A stretch of 40,000 nt of DNA. Source: Salinarchaeum sp. Harcht-Bsk1 (GTDB taxonomy: Archaea > Halobacteriota > Halobacteria > Halobacteriales > Salinarchaeaceae). The notes under the pieces are model-generated. The model saw only the letters and a program-made list of their open reading frames with translations. It was not told where the DNA came from and searched no databases. Both the position numbers and the translations under genes were made by a program. Positions within the stretch are counted from its first letter, which is position 1. Every line of letters starts with the position of its first letter. Shown piece by piece: positions 24,698 through 34,369 of this stretch. The stretch spans positions 1,281,014 through 1,321,013 of the forward strand of contig NC_021313.1 in assembly GCF_000403645.1 (NCBI RefSeq), given 5' to 3'.

Positions 24698-27674
24698 AGT
24701 ACTGACTCACCTCCTGAAAATACGGGGCAAAGGAAGACGACGATTCCTCTGTCTCGAAATCGATTTCGTTGAACGACTCGATAACCTCGTGCTCGATAAG
24801 TTTGTACTCGACCAGCATTTTGTGGATCGCGTCCTGTGTCGACGTGCCTAAGGTGTCGAGACATAGCCGGCTGGCAGCGACCACCTCGTCCACCTCGGCC
24901 TGGCTATACGAATCAAACTGTAGTAGCGACTCGTACAACGAGCGGTCCACCTCGTAGTTATCCAAGACGTCGACATTGTCGTGGATCCGCTCCATATCGA
25001 TACCTCCCAGTTCATTTTGAGCCGTCCGGGCCGTCGTGTAATCCTGTATCTGGTCTTCCTGCTGATCCAGTGACTTCTGCATCCGATACGCCTTGGTCAC
25101 CATCTCGACCAGTTTCGTGTCGGAATCAAACCGGACACGCGAGCTCAATCCCTCCGGGTCAGCACGGAGTCGGCTCAACACGTCCTGTGGCTCATTATTG
25201 GAGAACCACCGACGGAGACGGGGGAGATCCAATGTGGTGTCATTAATGGCATGACGCTCTGCGACAAGTGCATCGAACGCCTCCGCATACTCCATGAACT
25301 CCTGAATGTGATCCAGTGCTTCAGGAGCCAGTTCCTCGGTCAGTGCTGTCTCTAATGTCGTGTCCAAGGCGTAGTCTTCACCGCTGGCGAACCGCTCGTT
25401 CAAGGTTGGTGCCGTCACCTCTTGCCACGGATCGTCCAGCACGACGATCCAGGCATATGCTGCTAGGACGTAGTCGTCGAATCCGTACGGTGGATCGTAC
25501 TTGTAGTAGACCGAGGTGTCCTCGATATACTGCTCCCTGACTTTGGCCCGCCACTGCCGGGCATACTCCGTCAACTGGCCACCGACCAACGTGAGGACCC
25601 GTTGCTCGTCAGCGCTGGCATCCGCCTCGTCTATTCGGATCCCGTATTTCAGTAGTTCGCGGATATCAGACCGCTGAAAATCCTGTGGACCAAGCACGAT
25701 TTGGCCCGGAGCAGGCGATGATTCAGCAGAGGGGTATACGAACGGGTCATCCGACCGGCTGAGGTTGTACCTGAGATCGCAGTCCGTCCACAGCGAGTAA
25801 TCCTGCGTCAACGTATTGATGAGGTCGGCAAATGCAGTTCGCAGGTAAGTGTCCGTCTCGACGTATGATTCGTCCTGCGGGTTGGCGTACCAGTTGTCCA
25901 CGTAGCCGCTCTGCTCGTTGATGAGGCGCTCGATACGACTCAACCCTCCGCCATCACCGCCTCCTTCAGTTTCCTCATCGTCTCCACCTGTCTCCTCCTC
26001 GTCTTCGCCGGTTTCACCCGGCTCCGTCTCTTCATCATTTGGTGGAATATACTCGACACCGGGAATCTTGACGTGATCATCCAGCAATTCGATGTTTGCC
26101 GGAAGCTCGTCCGCTGCCGGGTTCTCGGGGAGCAGCCCGAATGCTTCGAGGAAGGCCCGGTCAACGGCGATGTATTCGTCGTATCGGTCGGTATCGCCGT
26201 ACCATTTGGCGACGTGGGCGAAGACTTCGGCTTCCTGGTAGACGTCGTCGTGGGCTGCGACCCGGTTTGTCACATGGTTCAGCGGGCTTGCCGTGGCGGG
26301 ACACGTGGCTGTCCCGTTGAAGTATTCGAGCACGGTCTCGAAGACGACGATGATCAGTTCACGAGGGGACTGCTCGCTCTCATCAAGGCCGGTGTAGATC
26401 CGTTCGATAAACTGCTGGTTGAAGGGGAACAGGTCGCGGAAGCTGTCGTCGCACAGTCCACACCTTGCGCACAGGGAGTCCGGCTCCGGGTCCAGCAAGG
26501 TGAAGTCGCCGGCGTCACGGTCGTAGCGGACGCTGCCATCGTGGTGCTTGATGTAGCCGAGGTACGGACGGATGAAGTCAACAGCCGTCTCGTCGTCAAG
26601 AAAGAGGACCTGGTTGGAGTTCTGTTTGTTCGTCCGGTAGAACCGGAACCGGTCCTCAGCAGTCCGTTTGTGGAGGATGGCCGTTGAATCACGGGTGCCA
26701 GCGACGATGAAATCCCAGTTATCACCGGGGTTGTCGCGTTCCATGAAGTTGCGGAGCTGCCGCGCCTGCATCCCTGTGATCGAGAAGTCCTCGAAGACAG
26801 CGACCGGCCGTTTGTCACCGTATTCCTCTTTGAATTTCTCACCGACTTCTTCCAGCAGATCCGTCAACGGTGGGGTATCGTACTGGTCGAGTAGTGCCTG
26901 CCAGAACCCGCTGCTCAGTTTCTCCGCTGGATGCCCCTCGAAGGCGTCGGCGCCCTCGTCGAAGACCTGCAGGTAGCTATTCTGTTCGTATTCTTGCTCG
27001 GTCACCAAGTTCGGTTCATCGCCGTACTGCCGAGGCTCGACTAATCGGTCGCGGATCCGTTCCGCCACGAATTCGACGATAGCGTCCTCTTGGTCCGGTG
27101 TCGTCGAGGTAGCATAGCCGTCCCATCCAATCTCCAGCAACGCAGTGTAGACGGCCTGGCTTGCGACCATCCGCGGCCGCTGTTTGATATCATCTTCAAG
27201 CCGCTTGAACCGGGACGAGGTCTCCAACGTCTCGTCGAAGTGGTCCTGGTAGAAGTCCGGGATGTCCTCGGTCAGCATCGACATTAAGTCCGTGTCTTTG
27301 TTGACGCGGAGGATCGGACGGTCAGCGTCGTTCTCTAATCGGTGGTTGAGCGCAACGCAGAGTTCCGATTTCCCGGTTCCGACCTCGCCCTCGATGACGA
27401 CGGCGAAGTTCTTGTTGCGGCTTCCGGAGAAATCCTGGTAGACATCGTCCTCCGTGACGACTCGTTCCTCATCGGTTTCCAGCGATGGGCCTTCGACACC
27501 GCCTTCGATCTGGAAGAGTTCGATCGGGCGATGGGTAAACCAGAACAGGTCCGGATTCTCGGCGCGGACGGCAGCAACCCGGCTGAACAGGCTACGCAGG
27601 TCGGACTCGTCCTTTTCGTGGAAGTGTGGGCAAAACAGATCGTCGGGAGAGGAGGATGCAGTTTCGCTACTCAT
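24681..27674 (-). CDS. large P-loop NTPase, unknown family
   Basis: 997 aa. Walker A VVIEGEVGTGKSELC near residue 100 and candidate Walker B RPVAVFEDFS near residue 290. An acidic low-complexity linker (EETEPGETGEDEEETGGDDEETEGGGDGGG) is followed by a long alpha-rich C-terminal half. ATGA overlap with the upstream gene. Confidence 0.7.
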   Translation of the reverse strand: MSSETASSSPDDLFCPHFHEKDESDLRSLFSRVAAVRAENPDLFWFTHRPIELFQIEGGVEGPSLETDEERVVTEDDVYQDFSGSRNKNFAVVIEGEVGTGKSELCVALNHRLENDADRPILRVNKDTDLMSMLTEDIPDFYQDHFDETLETSSRFKRLEDDIKQRPRMVASQAVYTALLEIGWDGYATSTTPDQEDAIVEFVAERIRDRLVEPRQYGDEPNLVTEQEYEQNSYLQVFDEGADAFEGHPAEKLSSGFWQALLDQYDTPPLTDLLEEVGEKFKEEYGDKRPVAVFEDFSITGMQARQLRNFMERDNPGDNWDFIVAGTRDSTAILHKRTAEDRFRFYRTNKQNSNQVLFLDDETAVDFIRPYLGYIKHHDGSVRYDRDAGDFTLLDPEPDSLCARCGLCDDSFRDLFPFNQQFIERIYTGLDESEQSPRELIIVVFETVLEYFNGTATCPATASPLNHVTNRVAAHDDVYQEAEVFAHVAKWYGDTDRYDEYIAVDRAFLEAFGLLPENPAADELPANIELLDDHVKIPGVEYIPPNDEETEPGETGEDEEETGGDDEETEGGGDGGGLSRIERLINEQSGYVDNWYANPQDESYVETDTYLRTAFADLINTLTQDYSLWTDCDLRYNLSRSDDPFVYPSAESSPAPGQIVLGPQDFQRSDIRELLKYGIRIDEADASADEQRVLTLVGGQLTEYARQWRAKVREQYIEDTSVYYKYDPPYGFDDYVLAAYAWIVVLDDPWQEVTAPTLNERFASGEDYALDTTLETALTEELAPEALDHIQEFMEYAEAFDALVAERHAINDTTLDLPRLRRWFSNNEPQDVLSRLRADPEGLSSRVRFDSDTKLVEMVTKAYRMQKSLDQQEDQIQDYTTARTAQNELGGIDMERIHDNVDVLDNYEVDRSLYESLLQFDSYSQAEVDEVVAASRLCLDTLGTSTQDAIHKMLVEYKLIEHEVIESFNEIDFETEESSSSFAPYFQEVSQYYVGDQ

Positions 27675-28519
27675 GACGTGATAACGATGGAGTTCGCCGA
27701 TTGTTCGCGGCGGTCGTGCGTCGGCATCCGGTCAAAGGCGACAGCACCTTGATCACCGATCTCTGCCAGGCGGATCCGTTCCTCGTTCATCAGTTGGTAG
27801 AGAGAACGGCTGAGGATGGCAGGCACACCGCCAGTGTCTTCTGGAAGGTAGAGCAGGTTGTTCGACAGCCAATCCAGATACGTCGGTACCTCGATGACGG
27901 GGTTGCCGTCGACCGTTCGGCCAGCGGCGTTATGTGCCCGTTTGATCGAGTGGTAGATGAGCGACGGGTCGGGGTAGACGGTGAACTCGTGCGTTTCATA
28001 CTGGTGGAGCAGGCCAAGGTAAGTGGCGAGGCGGCCCCAGTTTTCCATCTTGTTCGGGTTCAGGTCGAGCCGGTCACCACGGTACGTCGGGTAGTACTCC
28101 AAGGTGTCGCGTTCCCAGCGGTCCATCTGCTTCCTGACCGCTTCGTCTTTGTCGTTAATCCGCTGGTAGTCTTCCTTGATGAGGTACGCGTAGTTCAAGT
28201 GGAGGACGGCTTGCTTCCCCCAATCAGGCGGTGTAAGAGATGACGCAAGATTTTCTAACGCGGTCAACTGGAAGTCCAGTATCTCATCGCCCGTCGACCA
28301 CGTGTAGTCACGGACGGTGTACTCTTCGTCTTTGGAATCAAGCAGCCCTAACCGCAGTAACCCCTTTGCTCCTTCATCAACGGCATCAGCACTCAGCCCG
28401 GTATCGTCGACAATTTCATCCTCAGTCGTATTGCCGCGGTTGACTGATTCGTAGACCGGTTTGAGTGACCTGGGATTCTGGATGGTGTTGAGAAGATATC
28501 CCTGGTCAGGATCTGTCAT
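27671..28519 (-). CDS. hypothetical protein (possible N-terminal winged helix)
   Basis: About 282 aa from ATG 28519, which gives a TAATG overlap with the upstream stop (the track ORF starts at GTG 28540). TTEDEIVDDTGLSADAVDEGAKGLLRLGLL looks HTH-like. No family recognised. Confidence 0.5.
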   Translation of the reverse strand: MTDPDQGYLLNTIQNPRSLKPVYESVNRGNTTEDEIVDDTGLSADAVDEGAKGLLRLGLLDSKDEEYTVRDYTWSTGDEILDFQLTALENLASSLTPPDWGKQAVLHLNYAYLIKEDYQRINDKDEAVRKQMDRWERDTLEYYPTYRGDRLDLNPNKMENWGRLATYLGLLHQYETHEFTVYPDPSLIYHSIKRAHNAAGRTVDGNPVIEVPTYLDWLSNNLLYLPEDTGGVPAILSRSLYQLMNEERIRLAEIGDQGAVAFDRMPTHDRREQSANSIVITS

Positions 28520-29415
28520 TATGGACTCCGTTGTAGCCACGCTTTGTAAGTTTGCCCTAGAGGAGTCGAATCGAGGTTACGTGCTTCGCGCCGCGCATCG
28601 CTCATCGACGCATCTTGGGCGACAGCGGCTGGATCGAATGCACGCGTGTTGTCCGCAACCGTAGAATTCAGAGAACGTACCACTCTCATCGCTGTCGAGG
28701 AGTCCCATTCGATACGGCGGCGCAGCCACGAGGCCAGGTTCTGCAACGCGTCATCTTTCTTGGGGCTGGTGCCAGGCCCGTCGTGGCTTTGGAAAGCAGC
28801 TGCAATCGCGTCGTACAGTGGGAGATACGGTGCATCGTTCAACAGCGAGAAGAGTTCGGTCGTCTGTGTCACGGTTTCACCGGCTACACGTTCATACAGG
28901 ATGGCGTTGTCTTGGAGGAAGACGTTCTGTGTGTCGGTAAGCGGGAAATCGAAGCCCTGGTCGTTGTACCACTGGTTCAAGGCATCATACACATCGTCAT
29001 AGGGGCGTTGTGCGATGGCGAAGGGTTCGTGGTAGAGCGGGCGCAGACCTTGCTGGGTTTGGAACTGTTTCTCATCCGCAACGACGACCATCGTCCCCAT
29101 CTCCTGCCATCGGTTGATCAGGCCGCCGATCGAATGCTGCGTTTCATCCTCGTAGTACTGCGTCGTCAAGGCCGCCAACATTTGCTCCTCGTACTCGATG
29201 TTCTGGAGCAAACTGTACTCATAGGAGAACAAGCCCCGTCCATCGCCGCTCTGAAGCTGCCGCCACCTCCAGGGATATGTGAATTCTTCTATACCAAGCC
29301 GATTGAGCGCTGGCAGACAGCGGAGAAGCCCAAACTGTGACCGTTGCTCAGTCGTGTCGTGGATGAGAAACACGCCCTGCTTAGAGAGGAACGATTGGAG
29401 CGTCTCCCACTTCAT
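28519..29415 (-). CDS. hypothetical protein
   Basis: 298-aa ORF with ATG start, 37 bp downstream of helicase 1 and coupled to the next gene. No motif recognised. Confidence 0.5.
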   Translation of the reverse strand: MKWETLQSFLSKQGVFLIHDTTEQRSQFGLLRCLPALNRLGIEEFTYPWRWRQLQSGDGRGLFSYEYSLLQNIEYEEQMLAALTTQYYEDETQHSIGGLINRWQEMGTMVVVADEKQFQTQQGLRPLYHEPFAIAQRPYDDVYDALNQWYNDQGFDFPLTDTQNVFLQDNAILYERVAGETVTQTTELFSLLNDAPYLPLYDAIAAAFQSHDGPGTSPKKDDALQNLASWLRRRIEWDSSTAMRVVRSLNSTVADNTRAFDPAAVAQDASMSDARREARNLDSTPLGQTYKAWLQRSP

Positions 29416-29452
29416 CGATACTGCCTCATCATCTGTAACTGGGGAACAACGG

Positions 29453-32400
29453 TCATGGCGTTTGTCCTACTGCCTCCGCGAGCAGCGTCCTGTTCAGCAG
29501 GTCGTTGTCCAGATACGTAGCTGGTGTCCGCTCGATCAAGAGACAGTTCTCACAATAGCCGCTACATTCGTCACAATCAATCACGTTTCGGACCTCGTCG
29601 ACGATAGCGTCCAAGTGTCGGTCGACCTGTGTCGCAATCCCGTTGCCACCCTGCCGATTATCGACGATGTAGACGCGAATCTCGTCGCCCGTCGCCGTCA
29701 CCTTCACGCGGAAATCGTCTTGATCACTCTGGGTTTCGACGGCAACCGCTTTCGTTAACGCTTGTTCTAAGCTGATGAACAGTTGGGGCCACACTGCCTC
29801 GTCTTCCTGTTCCAACGCCTCATCCGGAAGTCGATCAGCCACCGCTGCCTGGTCGAACGTGAGACAGATCCCCTGTGTTACGTACTGCTTCCCGACAGGC
29901 GCGTACCGGGCATCGTCGCTGTCAGGAATCCGTGCTTCAGACCGTTTGATCTCTTTCCCGGATCCCATCGTGTGCCGCCGCTCGAATACCGGGATAAAGT
30001 CAATCACATCGTAGCCGCCGACCGCTACGTCACAGGAGAGGCCGAATACCGTGGTTTCTTCGCCTGCGGTTCTTTCGCCACGACTCGTGACGTGGGTCGT
30101 CATGATGGGCGAGGTACTGTATAAATCTTCGAACTGGTGGGCTTTCCGACAGTTGACTGCCTGAACGCCGTGGACTGAAATCGCATCTAACGGGTTGCCG
30201 CAGTGTGGACATTGCTCTGCTGCTGTCCGGTAGCTTTCGAACGGCCGGGTACAGTCCTCGTTGGTGCAAATCGCCACCGTCTGTAACGGTTCCTTCGTGC
30301 CTTCGACGTCCGACACCAAGTAGGTTGAGCCGTACAGGGTCATCACTGCCCCTCGCTCATTTTCCTCACCAGGGTAGAAGTCGTAGAGGCGGCCGTCACC
30401 TTGGAACGAGATGCTTTCACTGCTGCCTTCGAACTGGACAGGGAACTGTTGGCCGAACTCGCGATAGTTCGCCAAGTAGCCCAGTCGGTTGAGCCAGGAA
30501 TCCAATCGGTCATTCCCGTTTCGCACGTCGTCGAGATCGGTGCTGTCACTGAAGCTGCGGAACTGGCCACAGGTTTGCTGTGTCCGTTGCCGGAAACTCA
30601 CCGGGCCGTCACTGTTGAAAACCGCGTCGAAGACCTCCAAACCACGTTGCCCGAACACGGCCCCGATATGGTCCCGTAACCGGTCCGTCACGTCGTCGCG
30701 GACAAAGGTGCGTAGCTCGTCAAGGTTGGCTTCCACACGGTCGGCGAACTCGGCCACAGAGTCGACCGACTGATTAATCTGGTAGGTCTCCTCGAACGTG
30801 TCACTGGGATGCGGGTTGCGGGCGAGATAGGCGACGACTTCGGTCACTACGTGGCCGGCCAGGACTTCGTCGAAGTCGAACGGGTCCGGAACACGGACAG
30901 GGTCGAAGCTGCCGAAGAAGCGATCCAGGTCGTCGTAGTAGTGTGCGTCGACAGGATGGGTGCCGCGGACCGTGGTGGCTACCAAGGATTCGCTGCCGCG
31001 CGTCCGCCCGGTGCGGCCGCTGCGTTGCACGTAGTTAGTCAAAGTCGGCGGTATCCCGACCTGTGCCACTGAATCCAAGGTGCCGATGTCCACACCGAGT
31101 TCCATCGTCGGAGTCGCGCTGACGATGTTGATGTCCGGATCTGATTTCCGGAACCCCTCCTCAATGGCGCTCCGAAGTGTCGGTGGGACGTCCCCCTTGT
31201 GGATTCCTACCGTGATGAAGTCCAACTCCATCATCTCGACCGTGTCGCGCGGTACCGGTGGCCCTTCACTCGGGATGAGAGGCGCAAGGATATCGTGGCC
31301 CCAGTGATCGACCGGGTACTCCCAGTCTGTCTCGACGTCTGCCCAGCCGAGGAGGGTCATTGAGCCGTCGTCCTCGACACGGAACCGTTGGTGGACGTCG
31401 ACCGTATTTCCGCAGGTCGGGCAATGGTCAAGGCCGTCATCGTGACGGGGAACAGGTGACGCCGTGTAACAGTCGTTGCAGAACGTTACCTGGGGAACCA
31501 GTTGGAGGTCCGTCTTACTCGCGTAGTCGTGGACGGTGAAGATACCGCCGCCGACATCACTATAGCCGTCACGTGCTTCCAGACCGTCAATTTGGTCTTC
31601 GATGTACTCGAAGACATCGTCCTCAGTTGCTTCATCCTTCCCCGCGTTGAGTATCGTGTCCCGTACGCCATCCCACGTTTTGAGTTCAAACACGTCGCCG
31701 TCTAGCAACCCCTGCAACACGTCGTCGACAACCTCGTCGATTTCCTCTTCGGTGAATCGTGTCTCAGACTCGAGCTTGTTGACCAACCGCTCCCGGGTGT
31801 ATCCCTGGAACTTGATTCCGTGTTTCTGGAACTGGGGCGGGAACCGGCTGACGAAGAGATTGAACACCTCGTGGCCGATTGCCGCGGTCTTCGGATCGGG
31901 ACAGGTGTGGACCCATGCAGGGGTGACAAGCGCTGCTTCACGGAGATGCTGGCACTGGGAGAGCCGTGCGTTCGGCTCGATTTCGTTCCACAGCTCAACG
32001 AGAATATCGTTCGCATCCGTTTCCCGGTCCGGTGTGTTCTGTCGCAGTGGCTGCCAGTACTTCTCCCGCAGTGTATCCAATACCGGGTAAAACAGTGACC
32101 GGGCCTCAGCTCGGCCACCTTCCTCGATCAACTGCTTCACGTACAGCGTCTCAGCGGTTAACCCGTACTCCGTCCCGATGATTTCGTTGCTGACCGATTC
32201 AGCTGTCGACCGTGAATCAGAGAAGACCAACGTCTTCTCGGACGGCATCGACCGGCACAGCGACGTCAACATGAACGAAAGCAGGGTCGGCGTCGGCACC
32301 GTGATATCGGTCAACCGGAGCCGCAACGTCGTACAGCCAGGACACGGACCGTCCGTCCCGCCGCCGTAGACCGGTTGAAACACCTCGTCGTCCTCGTCTT

Positions 32401-34183
32401 CGTTTTCGGTGTCGGCTTCGACGAACGGGTGGTGGCAGGTCCTGCAGAACCGGAGTTCCCGTGTCTGGTGGCCCTCGGGACAGGACCGGCCACGGGTCAC
32501 TTCCTCGCATGTCTGGCACCAGTAGACCTTCCGCGGCGGTTTGGCGAACATGTGGTACTTCGCCGTCACCATCCCGGCTGCCCGGCCCAAGGCAAGCAAT
32601 GCTGACACCGCTTCATCCGGGTTCGACGCACCTGCTTTCTCAATCCGGTTCACGAGGTCAGCGTAGTGTTCGAACTCAACCTCGGTGGTCGACTCGTCCA
32701 TGAACCACGATGCAACAGTCGCGACTTCCGGAACCGTATCACGGATAAACTGGAACCATCTGCCGCCGAGATCGCCGTGCTCGACCACCTGTTCCGTCAA
32801 GGTATCCAGTTCCTCGGGGGCTATCCCGGGCGCAGTCCCTCCGTTCTGGACAGCTCCCGCGGTGTTGTCTTCCTGTTCGGTGTCGATGCTGTCAGCTATG
32901 GGGGCGAACACCCAGTCTCGGTGCTGGTCTGGCACCGTCAACGGGTCTGGCCCTGCCAAGAGTCCAATCTCCTCCAACGTGGTGACGGCACCGGTCAACT
33001 GTGGATAGCTGCCGCAGAACGTCTCCCGGTCAACGTCGTGGCGTTCGGTGAGGACGAGTGTTTCCACGACGTCGCGGAGTGAACACTCCGCAAACCGGTC
33101 GAAATCAGTCGCCCCGGTGACCGGGAAGTCGCGGGCGGTGAACCCGAGCTCGTTGACATCGTCTCTATCCGTCCCGGTCAGGGCGGATGCCAGGTCGCTG
33201 GGGTTCTCGATGGTGGCGGAGACCAGCGTAACCTGTGGATCATGTGCTGCGTAAAACTGTTTGAGACGGCGAGTGAGCAATCCGATACTTGACCCGGATA
33301 TCCCGCTCCACACGTGGGCTTCGTCGAAAACCACGTGTTGAACTGGGCTTTTCTCCGGGCCTTGACCTAGGATATCACGGGTGGCCTCGTTGTCGCTGAC
33401 GAACATATAGTCGAGCGCATCCGGGTTCGTCAGGAGGATGTCGACCCCGTCACGGATCTGCTCGCGAGTGATCTTGAGCCACGGATACGTCCAGTCATCG
33501 CTGCCCGGTGTCCCATCGCTGGTCACCCGTAAATCGTCCTGGGTGCGGGGACACTCGAGGCCACGGACGTTGGCACCGATATCCAGGTCGTAGTCACGCG
33601 GTCCGACTGCCGCCGGCGTATCCCGGTCCCAGATCCCGATGGTAACGCGGTCTTCGCGTGGTAGTTCCTGGTTCACCGTGTCAATGTAACGGAGGAACCG
33701 ATTGAGCTGGTCGACACCCAGCGTCTTCATCGGATAAATGACGATCGCTTTCAACCCGTTGTCGTCCGTCGCCACACAGTCATTGAGTACTGGGAGGAAG
33801 AACGACTCCGTTTTCCCGGTCGCTGTCGGCACAGCCAAGATGTTGTCGTCAGGATCCGTCTCGATAGCCTCGATCGTGTCTACCTGGTGCTGATAGAGCG
33901 ACCCGGCACGGTCCCCACCGAACAACTCGTCGACGACCGCGTCGACAACCCGTTCATCGTAGCCATACTGCTCCAGTAGCTCGGCAGCTGGCCGCTCCGC
34001 TGTGGCTGGCGGTGAGACAAATTCGAGATACGGGCCTTTGGTATCCACCAGTTCGTTTGAAACGAAGGAAGTAGCGTTGGTAACGCCTGAAATACGGTTG
34101 AGCTTGGTAAGTTTTCGATTCCACCACGTGATCTCGGAGGCGCGATCAGTGGCGGTGGCAAACGCGTTCAACGGGGATGGCAT
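29453..34183 (-). CDS. giant SF2 DEAH-type helicase with Zn-ribbon insertions and a DUF1998 (MrfA/DrmB-type Zn-binding)-like C-terminus
   Basis: 1576 aa. Motifs in order: LYQHQ (Q), AVPTATGKTE (I), VIYPMKTLGVDQ (Ia), ILLTNPDAL (Ib), VVFDEAHVW (II), LVSATIENP (III), TLVFSDSRS (IV), VSATPTMELGVDIG (V), YVQRSGRTGR (VI). Inserted ribbons CQTC..C..H, CRTC, CPGC, CNDC..CPTC, CTNEDC..CPHC. C-terminus DNRQGGNGIA...CDECSGYCENC. Confidence 0.85.
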   Translation of the reverse strand: MPSPLNAFATATDRASEITWWNRKLTKLNRISGVTNATSFVSNELVDTKGPYLEFVSPPATAERPAAELLEQYGYDERVVDAVVDELFGGDRAGSLYQHQVDTIEAIETDPDDNILAVPTATGKTESFFLPVLNDCVATDDNGLKAIVIYPMKTLGVDQLNRFLRYIDTVNQELPREDRVTIGIWDRDTPAAVGPRDYDLDIGANVRGLECPRTQDDLRVTSDGTPGSDDWTYPWLKITREQIRDGVDILLTNPDALDYMFVSDNEATRDILGQGPEKSPVQHVVFDEAHVWSGISGSSIGLLTRRLKQFYAAHDPQVTLVSATIENPSDLASALTGTDRDDVNELGFTARDFPVTGATDFDRFAECSLRDVVETLVLTERHDVDRETFCGSYPQLTGAVTTLEEIGLLAGPDPLTVPDQHRDWVFAPIADSIDTEQEDNTAGAVQNGGTAPGIAPEELDTLTEQVVEHGDLGGRWFQFIRDTVPEVATVASWFMDESTTEVEFEHYADLVNRIEKAGASNPDEAVSALLALGRAAGMVTAKYHMFAKPPRKVYWCQTCEEVTRGRSCPEGHQTRELRFCRTCHHPFVEADTENEDEDDEVFQPVYGGGTDGPCPGCTTLRLRLTDITVPTPTLLSFMLTSLCRSMPSEKTLVFSDSRSTAESVSNEIIGTEYGLTAETLYVKQLIEEGGRAEARSLFYPVLDTLREKYWQPLRQNTPDRETDANDILVELWNEIEPNARLSQCQHLREAALVTPAWVHTCPDPKTAAIGHEVFNLFVSRFPPQFQKHGIKFQGYTRERLVNKLESETRFTEEEIDEVVDDVLQGLLDGDVFELKTWDGVRDTILNAGKDEATEDDVFEYIEDQIDGLEARDGYSDVGGGIFTVHDYASKTDLQLVPQVTFCNDCYTASPVPRHDDGLDHCPTCGNTVDVHQRFRVEDDGSMTLLGWADVETDWEYPVDHWGHDILAPLIPSEGPPVPRDTVEMMELDFITVGIHKGDVPPTLRSAIEEGFRKSDPDINIVSATPTMELGVDIGTLDSVAQVGIPPTLTNYVQRSGRTGRTRGSESLVATTVRGTHPVDAHYYDDLDRFFGSFDPVRVPDPFDFDEVLAGHVVTEVVAYLARNPHPSDTFEETYQINQSVDSVAEFADRVEANLDELRTFVRDDVTDRLRDHIGAVFGQRGLEVFDAVFNSDGPVSFRQRTQQTCGQFRSFSDSTDLDDVRNGNDRLDSWLNRLGYLANYREFGQQFPVQFEGSSESISFQGDGRLYDFYPGEENERGAVMTLYGSTYLVSDVEGTKEPLQTVAICTNEDCTRPFESYRTAAEQCPHCGNPLDAISVHGVQAVNCRKAHQFEDLYSTSPIMTTHVTSRGERTAGEETTVFGLSCDVAVGGYDVIDFIPVFERRHTMGSGKEIKRSEARIPDSDDARYAPVGKQYVTQGICLTFDQAAVADRLPDEALEQEDEAVWPQLFISLEQALTKAVAVETQSDQDDFRVKVTATGDEIRVYIVDNRQGGNGIATQVDRHLDAIVDEVRNVIDCDECSGYCENCLLIERTPATYLDNDLLNRTLLAEAVGQTP

Positions 34184-34369
34184 TGACCGTACGAAGGGAG
34201 AGATGGCGACCCCTCAATAAGACTTTGCGTCATTCCTCCCACACAATTCAGTTGCCGATGAGTCTTTCGTCGAGAGGCAAAGTTATTCAAATTGACCCCT
34301 GTATCTCTTCAGCATACGAATCGATGACACGTTCTCCAACTGGCTGGCGGATCATCTCCCAAGCCACGA
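34184..34369. promoter_or_regulatory. divergent promoter region between the two giant helicase genes
   Basis: 186-bp gap between divergent ATGs, less GC-rich than the coding flanks, with the A/T box aaagttattcaaatt. No operator repeat could be defined by eye. Confidence 0.3.

Noticed and set aside
24681-27674. Assigning the 997-aa P-loop protein to BrxC/PglY (BREX), an SMC/JetC-type ATPase, or DptH
   Set aside because: Only a Walker A and a plausible Walker B are visible. The Walker A is not N-terminal as in SMC proteins. No PglX/PglZ, kleisin or Dnd/Dpt partners are nearby. The evidence is too weak for a family call.
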